64,000 bases of DNA from positions 1-64,000 of IMG/VR virus record IMGVR_UViG_3300021963_000021. One strand, given 5' to 3'. Below the pieces are notes generated by a model that searched no databases, had not been told where the DNA came from, and saw only the letters and a program-made list of their open reading frames with translations. The first letter of the stretch is position 1, and every line of letters begins with the position of its first letter. Below are positions 45,445 through 55,368 of the stretch, in pieces. The position numbers were made by a program, and so were the translations under genes.

Positions 45445-45833
45445 GATTTTTCTGCGTTTTCAAAAATCTGTTTCTGACTGTCACCTGGGATAATTCTGTA
45501 ATTGTCCTCTACACTGTCAGCAGTACTGACTTCAAACAGCATGGCATTGTCTGTTAATGCTTCTAGTTGGTGCGGCTGTAATGGAGGGTTATGCCATGTG
45601 TCGCCTTCGCTGAGATCTTTTTCAAACAGCACCGCACGTTCTGTATCTATCCAACGGACTTTAAACTTGCCGCTGTTAACAAACCATGTTTCGTCTTTGT
45701 CTTTATGGAAGTGCATAGAAAATTTATTTCCTGCCTTAGTAAAGCACAGTATTTTTCCGCAGTATTTTTCGTTGGTGGCAAATATTAATTCGTATCCCCA
45801 GCCTTTTTCTTGATAACCTTGTAATTGTGTCAT
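45441..45833 (-). CDS. cupin-fold sugar isomerase-like protein
   Basis: KGWG.E, SMHFH..KDET, PH, EVST...EDNYR..PGD. Confidence 0.82.
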   Translation of the reverse strand: MTQLQGYQEKGWGYELIFATNEKYCGKILCFTKAGNKFSMHFHKDKDETWFVNSGKFKVRWIDTERAVLFEKDLSEGDTWHNPPLQPHQLEALTDNAMLFEVSTADSVEDNYRIIPGDSQKQIFENAEKS

Positions 45834-46579
45834 TTTATTTCCTCTATTTTTGGAGCATAACAACCTACGTGCTGTACTGTTATTGACGCAGCGTTGTTGG
45901 CAAATTCTACTGCCGTTTTAATTTCTTTTGTTTCTAGATACATGTAGGCTAACGCAGATAAAAAAGTATCGCCTGCGCCTGTAACATCAACTACTTCAAC
46001 TGAGGGAGCAGGGGAAGAAATGTCATGATGCTTTATTATTGCGCCTTTAGCACCTTTGGTAACTATCAGTCCTGTACATTCAGATTTGATTTTACTATAT
46101 TCTAATTCATTGATCTTAACCCATGCGCCTTGTAATCGTTCTAGATCTGTTTTCTTTGTGTCAACAAACACAGGAATTCTAGTAGCTATGGCTTCCTCAA
46201 TAACATCGTAGGATACCGTACCTTTGTCGTAGTCGCTGATAACAATAGCATCATAGACTTTAGGTATTGCTGTCACAAACTCAATTGGGGTTGAGCTGGC
46301 ATCATTGTCTATTCTAACAATCTGTTGTTTACTGCGTATATCTATCAAGCGTGTCTTGGTTGAGCAGTCGCCGTGTAAGAAGTTAACTTCGCAGCCCAGT
46401 GCTTCTAGATTACGAGCAACATTGCCGGCCATACCTGGTTTTTGTTCTTCATGACTAAACTTAAACACAGGCACAGGTGCTTCCGGACTGATGCGATCCA
46501 CAGTGCCGTATTGATATATGTCAAGACAATTATCGCCGATCAATAATATCTTGTATCTTTTTTGTTGTTGAATAACCAT
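45830..46579 (-). CDS. D-glycero-D-manno-heptose-7-phosphate kinase (HldA/RfaE domain I, PfkB family)
   Basis: RISPEAPVP, GMAGNVA.N, SDYDKG, DVTGAGDT. Confidence 0.9.
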   Translation of the reverse strand: MVIQQQKRYKILLIGDNCLDIYQYGTVDRISPEAPVPVFKFSHEEQKPGMAGNVARNLEALGCEVNFLHGDCSTKTRLIDIRSKQQIVRIDNDASSTPIEFVTAIPKVYDAIVISDYDKGTVSYDVIEEAIATRIPVFVDTKKTDLERLQGAWVKINELEYSKIKSECTGLIVTKGAKGAIIKHHDISSPAPSVEVVDVTGAGDTFLSALAYMYLETKEIKTAVEFANNAASITVQHVGCYAPKIEEIK

Positions 46580-46925
46580 CGATTCTTTCAAAAAATTCTA
46601 TCCTTTTACAGACCTCTTCGCCTACTATAGGTTTTCCCTGCCAATCGGCACCCTTGACCATTACATCACAGTCTGCGATAAGATTTCTTAATTCGGTATC
46701 TGTTTCGAAAACTTTAACATCTGATACAGCTCTAAGGCTTTTTAACATTTTAGTACGTTCAAATTGATTATTAATTGGCCGACTGTGACCTTTTAATCTG
46801 CGTACACGCTCGTCAGAATCTATGCCCACGATTACCTCGTTACCGAGGCTCTGTGCGTATTCTAATAGTTCAATGTGTCCGACATGAAGTATGTCAAAGG
46901 TGCCATTCACAAAAACACGAGTCAT
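46530..46925 (-). CDS. heptose-1-phosphate nucleotidyltransferase (HldC/RfaE domain II)
   Basis: NGTFDILHVGH, LKG..RPIN...R, KGADW, GYSTT. Confidence 0.9.
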   Translation of the reverse strand: MTRVFVNGTFDILHVGHIELLEYAQSLGNEVIVGIDSDERVRRLKGHSRPINNQFERTKMLKSLRAVSDVKVFETDTELRNLIADCDVMVKGADWQGKPIVGEEVCKRIEFFERIDGYSTTKKIQDIIDRR

Positions 46926-46964
46926 ACTATATTTTAGTATAGTACGACCCGGTTTGTCAACGGA

Positions 46965-49900
46965 TTAGGCTTGCGCTTCTGCCCAACGTAGAATAATGTT
47001 AGCTGGTGTAGCTGTTCCAGATACCTTATACACGTTGATAGCCAAAACGTCTGGTCCGTTCGGGAATGTACCACGTCCGCCTAACGCAGTTGTAGTCAAT
47101 TCTTTAAGTTCGCCTAGGTTCAACGCATCAGTTGATCCTGGGTTTGTAATGAACGAGAAGATCGTTTCGCCCGGTAGCGCATATGGTGGTAAACCAAATT
47201 GGAACTGTACTGTGGTAGACCCTCCAGTAACCACAACGTTAGTAGTTTGTGTAAAGGTTACTGTATAATATGGCGTTCCTGAGAATGTCTGTAATGTGCT
47301 CACTGACTGTACACGAGTACCAGCAGGGAATTTGGTTTCAGTTGTGGCAACTTCAGTGTTAGCCGATGCTCCAGACGATTCCCACGATGCTTGTGTAAAG
47401 TAAATCGTAGAAGTGTTAGCAGTTGACTGTGCTAGCTGGAATGTGATGTTATTGGTGTTGCTAATTGCGCTGGTCGATGCTCTACTAAATGACAGTGTAT
47501 AATACAGTGTAGTATTAAATGTCACTGTTCCGCTAGCAGACACAACGGCTGTATTTCCTGCGTTAAATGTCACAGCATAATAACTAGTACCAGCAAATGT
47601 TCTCAGTGTGCTCACAGAGCTAATTTGAGTACCGCCGCCAAATTTAGCATCGTTAGTTGTCTGACCTGCGATAATATCAACAGGTAACGCAGCCCAACTT
47701 GACTGTTGGAAGAAGTGTATAGTATTTCCAATTGCTCTAGTACCAGCAAATCTAAATGATACTGTCGAGTTATTATTAACTTGACGGAGTGTTGATGTGC
47801 TAAAGCTCACGGTGTAAAACCCACCACTTGGGCCTGTTACTGCTGTAACATAAGTTCCATCAACAAACAACGACGTATCATTAGTAAAGATATCAGTAGC
47901 AGTAGTAGAACCTTGTAGTGCTGCCCACGAAGCCTGTAAGAAATATAACACATTGCTTGGAGCACCAATAGTAAACGCAGATACTGATGTTGATTGTAAT
48001 AATGGTAAAGTAGTTGCTGTTGGATTTGGGCTGTCTGTCTTGCCAGATACTGTAGTACCCGACGGAAACTTAACGTCATTAACAGATTGTCCTACCACGG
48101 CAGCAATGCTGTCCCAACTGGTTCTTGTCACATAAGCAATAGTAGTACCGCTAGATCTATTAAATGCTGCGCCAGTTGGCACAGTGGCATTACCAGTTAC
48201 AGTACCTAATGCTGTAGCAGTAGTAAATGTATACGAGCCACCACCTGCCCAGTTAACAGAACCGCCAGGAGCAATCTGTGCGAAGCTAGGCTGTCCACCT
48301 TGCGCTAGTCCGTTTAATTTACCCCAGGTAATATCTCCTGGGTTAGTTGGATAGTTTTGTGGATTCAACACACCTTCAATAACCACTCCGCCAGTGCCTG
48401 CGTCTGAAGCGATTGAAATCTCTTTCAATAACAACTGCGCTCTGTTTAACAGTTCACGCTCGCCTAGATCTCCAACAACAGCGTTAGACACGCTAGGTGC
48501 TAGTCGAATCAAGAACACAGTCTTTTTAGTAGTCGAAATTGAGTTACCAGTTGATGTATAACTGAATAGATAACCGCGGTCTTCGTCAAATCTACCGTCT
48601 GTCAAGAACGCAGAACCCCAGTGACTAATCAAAGGTGTTGTTGTATTTGTTAATAATATTACACCTGTTCTTGATGTATGTGATGTAGCTATACCTGCTC
48701 GGTAACTTCTTAACGCACCAGATTGATAGTTAGTTAACTGTGCTGCTCGAGTAGCGCCAGTTAAGGCTGTCGCTGTTTTACCTGAGTAACTGATTAATTC
48801 ATTATCGACATAAACTACACCCGTGTCTGGATAGAACTGAGTGTCTTCAATAGGAATAGTTGTGTCTAAGGCAGTTATGTCAGCAGTTAGTCTTTCAGCT
48901 GGGCCATAGTTAGCTACCTCGTATCGCACTGGCAAGTTACCAGTTCTCATGAACGCTTCTGAGTTCACGTTACTGTTACGCATACGATGAGCAAAAACAA
49001 AGTTACCATCTCCGCCACGTAGCATAAAGTCAATAAATCCAGCACCGTACCAAGTATATTGGATACCGATCATCTGCATTTTTGTAATATCAACATCGTA
49101 GCCGCTAGGACCGGTACCGTCTAGTCTGTCTCTATTGAACTGACTCTGAGGGACACGTTTATCAAACACCAAACAGATCTTAGTTCCGCTGACTGCGCTG
49201 ACTCCTCTGAAGTCTGGATTCACAGTCATTGAAGTGTTAGATGCTACCGCCGTGACTACGTGAGTCATTCCCTTAACTACCACAAAGTCGCCTGCTTTGA
49301 CTTGATCTAAGAATCGAGAGTTACTACCAGTTATGGTATTACTACCAGGCAATATAGAAATCGTGCCAGCTAGCTGCTTGGTAGCAGTTCTTTGTACAAC
49401 TGCTAGTTCAGTGCCGTTATATTCCCAAAACACACCGTTTTGATCATCAAACGCACCTGCTCTAACTACTGCGCCTTTCCAATTTAACGTTGATACCTGA
49501 CAGCTGAATCCTAGTGTTGGAATTTTTGAACCTAATCGTCTAACTGCCTTAACTCGGAACACTCGTTCACTGACAATTTCGTCAACTGTGTAATCTTCAC
49601 CAGGATAAAATTCATTACCACTGTCATATCCTGGAGTATCTACTCCAGTGATACGCACCACAGCACCTGCTTGGAATCCGTGATCGTTTTCGTCTAGAGT
49701 AATTGTTATAGTAGAACCGACTTCCACTCCATCAGAGACAATATTCTGTATGTCGTAACTAGGGGCAAATAGCGCACCGGTGGTGTACATCATGCCTTTA
49801 CCAGATTGGTAACGAATGTATTTTTTACTTTGACGTATTGCCTGTACACCGTGCTGCGGACCGCCTGTGCCTAGTTGTACACCACCGTCGAAGGGTCTAT

Positions 49901-52900
49901 GTGTAAAGAAGCTGTCTGGTCTAGCATAGACTCTACCAGTAATAGTGCCAGCAATAGTACCCGATGCTCTGGCCTGATAGCTTAGAGCTGTTGCTGTTGG
50001 TATTGAAGTTGCTGTATATGATCCGCCGGCAAGTGTATGATTGTTAGAACCGTTGTCTGAAGATGGCACAACAATAAAGGCTCCGCCCGGTGGTATACCA
50101 TGCGCTGCTAAGAAATCTATACGTATCGTTGCCAACGCAGCATACGTCAATGTCGTTGATGAAGGCACAGCTCCTGTTGTGAATTCACTGACAGTGATTG
50201 CTGAATACAGCGAGAATGTAGTACCTGCTGAAGCAGTATGCGATCCTACAGTTATGTTAACAACTCCGCCTAGGGTAACATTTGAAACAGTTAGAACAAC
50301 ATCGTTAGTTGGACTTGCGCCACCAAGGGTAGCACCTGATAACTGTATCTTATTACCGATGTAATAATTAGTCCCGCCAGTTGCTGCTACTACAGAACTG
50401 TATGCGCTGCTAGATCTTGTTAGATTAAATGTTGCTCCGTTGCCTCTAGAAGCTGTGTTTGTTCCAGCCACTCCTGTGTAGGTAATTTGATAACTGGCAG
50501 TTCCAGAAACGCTAGCTTCTGTAATCGCGCCAGACTGGTTACTTGCTGCGCCTGTTACAGAGAAGTTTGTTATACCGCCAGTGACATTAGCTGCTGTCAC
50601 TGTGATTGTTAAATCGTTGGCTGTTGTTGAACCACCTAACTGTGTACCGTAGATCGTTAATGTATCTGCGGAATTATAACCAGATCCTGGGTTTGTTAGA
50701 GTCACAAAATATTCAGTGCCGTTCCTGATAACAGTAAATGTCGCTGCTGACCCAGTACCAGAAGTCAGGTCTTGAATAATGCTAGTGTAAGTAGCTGAAA
50801 CTTTAGATACTGTAATAGTAGCGTTATTTGACGGTGTTGATCCGTAGGTAAATGTTGTCCCAGGAACTGTAAACGATTCACCTGCTGAATAATTTGAACC
50901 GGCAGTGGTAACGTTAACTGTATAAGCGTTGCTGCGAGTTATTGAAAACACAGCACCTGTGCCTGCTGCCGAAGTTGTATAAACAGTGCTATCAATGCCA
51001 GTTACTGTTTGATTAGCAATGGCAAGAGCTGTTCCTTGGATCACTGTCACGGCTGAGATAGCACTGCCTGATAATGTTTCAACGTTTAGATACAGGTCGT
51101 TGGCTGTGGATGTTCCACCGAGATCTGTACCTAGTATTACGATAGTGTCACCAACAGCGTATCCGGATCCTCCGGCATTAACTGTTACTGTAGAATAGTT
51201 AGTAGTGTTATCTCGCAAGACATTAAATGTTGCGCTAGATCCTGTGCCTACAACGTTAGTACCTGCTATACCTAGATAGTTAACATTATTACCTTTGATG
51301 CTAGCAGTCAAAGGATCTGTAAACACTAATGTAAGGCCCTGTATATCCGAAATGAATATGTTATTACCTGATCCGTCGTTGACTGCTAGACCAATTTGTA
51401 CACCGACTGTGCTGGTCACATCAACTTGTGTAGTTCCAGAAGGATAATCGGCGGTCAATAAAGGTGTTGTCACAACACCTCCAGTACCAAGCACTGAAGT
51501 TATCTGTGAACCTACACCGAGATTCGTACCGGTTATAGGAGCACCAATTTCTGGTGCTGTGCCTGTGAACGCAAATCTATTAGAACCACTCGGTGCTGCT
51601 AATGATGTTGTCACTGTACCGCTAGTACCGTTGCTGATAACGGAAAATGTTGGTGTACCAATTTCAGCACCAGTATAAAAACCGCCTTGACGTACCTGTG
51701 AAAATGCTGTGGCCAATGCTGTGGGATTGCTCGATCCTACTCGTGCTTTGGCATAGTATGTAAATGATTTAGTAGTCGGTACTGAAGTAACAATAAATGA
51801 CCCCTCAGCACGTGAAACTCCACTGATAGCCTGAGTAAGACCTCTCACAGTAATAGGCTGACCAACAGCAAATCCGTGTACAGCGTTTGTCGTTACTGTA
51901 ATCAAACTGCCGCCGATGCCACTGGTGCCCACTGACGCATCTGAAACAATGCTAACTATATCTTGATCAGTACCCGGGACTTCATAGATACTTGGATATC
52001 CTCTCGCTACTGCGATAGCCTGCCACTTGGTTGGCTGTAAGCCGTATTCAAAGTCAGCGTCAAGCATGGCCTGCGGCGGAGCAACACGCATACGTTCAAT
52101 AGCATCTGTGCCAAAGTCGTATGGACGTACTGACATATCTTTGGTTTCTACAAATATCTGTATCTCATCATCTTCGGTCATTGAAGATGTGTCACAGTTT
52201 AATTTAATAGTCGTTACACCGTCAGTGGCCTGTAAGAATTTTACAAAGTCCTCGTCTTCAACAGTCTCTTGTGTAACGGTTCCGCCGATAGCAGGATTAG
52301 AGAAATTATAAATGATTACGTTTGCGGTCGTGTTTGTGATCAATAATAGATCATCACTACCAGCTTTACCTTGGAATTTAATTCTACCATAGGTGTTTGG
52401 AATTGCTGCTGCTAACAAGCTCAGACCGCCAGGAATAACAGTTAACACTATATTAGATAGTTCTACAATTCTCGCGGCAGCTCCTGCTTCTGGAGATCCA
52501 GTCAATACAACCTGAGGTGTAGATGTCTGGTATGGTACAGTTCTATATGAAGGATACGAAGGCAACGAACTAGTGCCAACCAACAATAGATTAATTAATA
52601 AATCCGATAACGCAGTGATTCGTGTTGTAGCACCTGTTTCAGCGAACGGAGATGTTCTAACCTGAGCATAGGTATTCTGGAATGACGGAGCAGCTATACC
52701 TGTTAAAATATAGTTGTTTATAGTGTTTCTTAAAAACGTATGAGCATAAGCTTCTGGATATCTATCGCCGTCAACTTGTGCTTCGTTTCCATAATAGTAT
52801 TTTGATACAACACGATATGTTTCTTCATTTCCATTGTATTGTAAGTCATAGATGTATGCGTCGATAACATAACCGGAATCTCTAATACACTTAGCACTGT

Positions 52901-54791
52901 CAAATGTATATCCTTGGAAATCTACCACGCTGTTAACTATAGTTGTCTTAGCCGATGCTATAGCTGTCTTAGCTGTTTGTAGTGCTGTGACAGCAAAAGT
53001 CACGCTAGGTACAGTTCTTGCTATTCCGCTTAGATATGAATTAGCCTGTGACTGTGTTGTACAGGCAACTACATCTTTGGTTATCTGTACCAGACCCTCT
53101 AATATTGTAGTTTCAGTATTGCTGGCGTTTGCGCCAGTTATTGTCTGAGACAGTGTATTTGGTGTAGACCCAGTGACTGTTTTTGTTATAGATATACCTT
53201 GAACAATTTGACCTATTATAGTTTTCAGTCTTCCGTAGGCATCTACAGTCTGTAATCTATGCGTTGGATCAATGCCCGGAGCTCCGTTAGCAAAACCATA
53301 GAAGAAGAATTTTGCTTGGTCATAGGTCGCAGCATTGCCACCATATAGAATATCATAACATAGCGCATCAATGGCATATTTGACATCTCGAGTACACTTA
53401 GCTTCGTCGTGATTATGTGTGGGATATGCGTCAGCTACCCAAGCATTGACTTCTGCTGCTATAAAGTTTTTGTTGGCAATCAGTTTGTCTTTGGCTGCGA
53501 TTTGATTTGCTGTGGCCGAACTTGGATTTGTGAACGTCACTGTATCAGCATTAGCTCTGCCGTTAGTAGCAATATCTCTAACTTCACTAAAGAAATTATT
53601 AGATCTTGTAACTGCTAGTGTACTTGCTGAAACACCGGCTAGTGCTGCTACTTCTAGTCCGGCTCTACGAATAGTATCTAACACGATAAAATCGTTGTCA
53701 AGAGCATTGTATTCTGCTAGTCCAAGGAACACAGCATTATAATTAGTGCCTAGGGCTATGTCGTATTGAACACCATCTATTAGATAACCAATATCTCGAA
53801 CACACTTGCTGGCTGTATCGATTTGATCTTGTATCCAAGCAGTGACTTCATATTGTAGATATTGTTTGTTAGCAGTTAACAAACGAACTGCTTCGTCGTA
53901 ATCTTCTGTGCCTACAATATTTTCAATGATATTGCTGTTAATTCTTTCTCGAACAAATCGATGTGCTTCAACTTCAGCTTGGCCGCTGCCGTCAACTTGT
54001 AGAGTATCTCCGTCGTAATAGACCTTAACAATATCCGTGATTGCTTCTGTACCGTCGTATCTTAAATCGTTTAGATACGCATCAAGTACAAATCCAAAAT
54101 CTCTTTCGCACTTGGCATTGCTGTAAGTGTAGTTTTCGTAGGTAGATGCTTTATATTGTATAGTCGGTAATGCGCTGAGTCCAGTGCTAATTACATCTTT
54201 GGTTATTTGTATTAATGTAGAAACTTTAGCAAATGATTGTACTTCAGCAGATGGTCCAGTTCTATACTGTGTGTAAGTTCCCTGATAAGAAGAAGCCGCA
54301 GTAGTTGTTAGGATGTTATTCTGTATGAGAGAATTTAAAAATGTGTAGGCCGCAACTTCTGGGGTTCTTGGTCCGTCAATTTGTGGACTAGATCCAATCC
54401 AGTAGTAGGTCGCTATTCTTCTAGTTTCTTCGTTACCGCCATATCGCAGATCATGGATATAGGCATTGATATTATTGGTTACGTCATTTAGACACTTTGT
54501 TGCGTCATAGGTATAACCGGAAAATGGTGCTATGCTGTTTGTTATCTGATACTGTATCCAAGCAACAACTTCATATTTCATATAGTTGATATTATTGGTC
54601 AGTAAGCGATAAGCTTCTGGATAGTAGTTAAACGCAGTATCAACAGTTATTCTTCTGTTGATGAATGCTGATAACTCTTTCTTTAGATGTTCTTTGTTAG
54701 CTGCTATGCTGGCATAGGCACTTGGAAACAAGTTATCAGTGTAACTTATTCCCGGTCTAAAAACGTAATTATTAATTTTTTTCTTTGCCAT
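46965..54791 (-). CDS. giant virion fibre/baseplate protein (2608 aa): N-terminal helical KCxRD repeats, Thr/Ser/Gly beta-repeats, lectin-like domain
   Basis: Five KCx(R/N)D repeats; about four GSGY..GD.I.I.GT.LGG repeats; RQSKKYIRYQSGK...YTWYGAG domain; lies among tail genes. Confidence 0.75.
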   Translation of the reverse strand: MAKKKINNYVFRPGISYTDNLFPSAYASIAANKEHLKKELSAFINRRITVDTAFNYYPEAYRLLTNNINYMKYEVVAWIQYQITNSIAPFSGYTYDATKCLNDVTNNINAYIHDLRYGGNEETRRIATYYWIGSSPQIDGPRTPEVAAYTFLNSLIQNNILTTTAASSYQGTYTQYRTGPSAEVQSFAKVSTLIQITKDVISTGLSALPTIQYKASTYENYTYSNAKCERDFGFVLDAYLNDLRYDGTEAITDIVKVYYDGDTLQVDGSGQAEVEAHRFVRERINSNIIENIVGTEDYDEAVRLLTANKQYLQYEVTAWIQDQIDTASKCVRDIGYLIDGVQYDIALGTNYNAVFLGLAEYNALDNDFIVLDTIRRAGLEVAALAGVSASTLAVTRSNNFFSEVRDIATNGRANADTVTFTNPSSATANQIAAKDKLIANKNFIAAEVNAWVADAYPTHNHDEAKCTRDVKYAIDALCYDILYGGNAATYDQAKFFFYGFANGAPGIDPTHRLQTVDAYGRLKTIIGQIVQGISITKTVTGSTPNTLSQTITGANASNTETTILEGLVQITKDVVACTTQSQANSYLSGIARTVPSVTFAVTALQTAKTAIASAKTTIVNSVVDFQGYTFDSAKCIRDSGYVIDAYIYDLQYNGNEETYRVVSKYYYGNEAQVDGDRYPEAYAHTFLRNTINNYILTGIAAPSFQNTYAQVRTSPFAETGATTRITALSDLLINLLLVGTSSLPSYPSYRTVPYQTSTPQVVLTGSPEAGAAARIVELSNIVLTVIPGGLSLLAAAIPNTYGRIKFQGKAGSDDLLLITNTTANVIIYNFSNPAIGGTVTQETVEDEDFVKFLQATDGVTTIKLNCDTSSMTEDDEIQIFVETKDMSVRPYDFGTDAIERMRVAPPQAMLDADFEYGLQPTKWQAIAVARGYPSIYEVPGTDQDIVSIVSDASVGTSGIGGSLITVTTNAVHGFAVGQPITVRGLTQAISGVSRAEGSFIVTSVPTTKSFTYYAKARVGSSNPTALATAFSQVRQGGFYTGAEIGTPTFSVISNGTSGTVTTSLAAPSGSNRFAFTGTAPEIGAPITGTNLGVGSQITSVLGTGGVVTTPLLTADYPSGTTQVDVTSTVGVQIGLAVNDGSGNNIFISDIQGLTLVFTDPLTASIKGNNVNYLGIAGTNVVGTGSSATFNVLRDNTTNYSTVTVNAGGSGYAVGDTIVILGTDLGGTSTANDLYLNVETLSGSAISAVTVIQGTALAIANQTVTGIDSTVYTTSAAGTGAVFSITRSNAYTVNVTTAGSNYSAGESFTVPGTTFTYGSTPSNNATITVSKVSATYTSIIQDLTSGTGSAATFTVIRNGTEYFVTLTNPGSGYNSADTLTIYGTQLGGSTTANDLTITVTAANVTGGITNFSVTGAASNQSGAITEASVSGTASYQITYTGVAGTNTASRGNGATFNLTRSSSAYSSVVAATGGTNYYIGNKIQLSGATLGGASPTNDVVLTVSNVTLGGVVNITVGSHTASAGTTFSLYSAITVSEFTTGAVPSSTTLTYAALATIRIDFLAAHGIPPGGAFIVVPSSDNGSNNHTLAGGSYTATSIPTATALSYQARASGTIAGTITGRVYARPDSFFTHRPFDGGVQLGTGGPQHGVQAIRQSKKYIRYQSGKGMMYTTGALFAPSYDIQNIVSDGVEVGSTITITLDENDHGFQAGAVVRITGVDTPGYDSGNEFYPGEDYTVDEIVSERVFRVKAVRRLGSKIPTLGFSCQVSTLNWKGAVVRAGAFDDQNGVFWEYNGTELAVVQRTATKQLAGTISILPGSNTITGSNSRFLDQVKAGDFVVVKGMTHVVTAVASNTSMTVNPDFRGVSAVSGTKICLVFDKRVPQSQFNRDRLDGTGPSGYDVDITKMQMIGIQYTWYGAGFIDFMLRGGDGNFVFAHRMRNSNVNSEAFMRTGNLPVRYEVANYGPAERLTADITALDTTIPIEDTQFYPDTGVVYVDNELISYSGKTATALTGATRAAQLTNYQSGALRSYRAGIATSHTSRTGVILLTNTTTPLISHWGSAFLTDGRFDEDRGYLFSYTSTGNSISTTKKTVFLIRLAPSVSNAVVGDLGERELLNRAQLLLKEISIASDAGTGGVVIEGVLNPQNYPTNPGDITWGKLNGLAQGGQPSFAQIAPGGSVNWAGGGSYTFTTATALGTVTGNATVPTGAAFNRSSGTTIAYVTRTSWDSIAAVVGQSVNDVKFPSGTTVSGKTDSPNPTATTLPLLQSTSVSAFTIGAPSNVLYFLQASWAALQGSTTATDIFTNDTSLFVDGTYVTAVTGPSGGFYTVSFSTSTLRQVNNNSTVSFRFAGTRAIGNTIHFFQQSSWAALPVDIIAGQTTNDAKFGGGTQISSVSTLRTFAGTSYYAVTFNAGNTAVVSASGTVTFNTTLYYTLSFSRASTSAISNTNNITFQLAQSTANTSTIYFTQASWESSGASANTEVATTETKFPAGTRVQSVSTLQTFSGTPYYTVTFTQTTNVVVTGGSTTVQFQFGLPPYALPGETIFSFITNPGSTDALNLGELKELTTTALGGRGTFPNGPDVLAINVYKVSGTATPANIILRWAEAQA

Positions 54792-54800
54792 TTTTCTCTC

Positions 54801-55352
54801 TTAGGCTCCAAACGCTACCGCAAAAGCGACAACGGAATTGTCTACATAATCTTTTCTTGCCGGATTGGCTGCTAATGTAGGAACAGGGATTAGCATACCA
54901 TCGACAAATGTCACTATACCACTTATATCTGCCCCAGACGCTGAAATTTCAGCGTTGTCAGCATTTAAACTTCCTGGGGAGACACCATTACTTACCACAT
55001 CTATTTGGTAGGCCGTGACCTGTCCTGGCGTTAGTGTACCAATATCTACATTATTAATAGTTCCTCTGGTCAAGCTGTTAATAACTACACGACCAGAAAC
55101 AACTGAAACTCTGTTTACCCCACTGCTTCTTAAATATACATCGCCATTAGTTTGTAACTGAGACAACACACCTATAGTTTCAAGGCTGCTGTTTTTAATT
55201 GTGTTGCTAAGGGCAGTTAAATCAGTTGAGAATGGATTGCCATAAGAACCTATGCTGAGAGTATTTGCGGTAAGATTACCGTTCTCATCAACATAGAACC
55301 CTGGACTTTTAAATCCAAAATCTGACTTTAATGTTTTTTGTCCTACAGTCAT
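54801..55352 (-). CDS. short fibre-like virion protein
   Basis: TINNVDIG, ARKDYVD motifs typical of fibre shafts; late box 55366-55371. Confidence 0.6.
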   Translation of the reverse strand: MTVGQKTLKSDFGFKSPGFYVDENGNLTANTLSIGSYGNPFSTDLTALSNTIKNSSLETIGVLSQLQTNGDVYLRSSGVNRVSVVSGRVVINSLTRGTINNVDIGTLTPGQVTAYQIDVVSNGVSPGSLNADNAEISASGADISGIVTFVDGMLIPVPTLAANPARKDYVDNSVVAFAVAFGA

Positions 55353-55368
55353 AGTTTATCCAGAGTAT

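Noticed and set aside
1156-46591. Longer ORF-track starts at 1156, 18430, 26282, 26467, 29554, 32249, 38903, 40651, 44977, 45863 and 46591
   Set aside because: Downstream ATGs fit better with RBS, promoter position or stop-start overlaps
44084-46925. Bacterial LPS locus indicating host contamination or a prophage boundary
   Set aside because: Genes overlap phage genes, share phage promoter style and composition, and are flanked by virion genes on both sides
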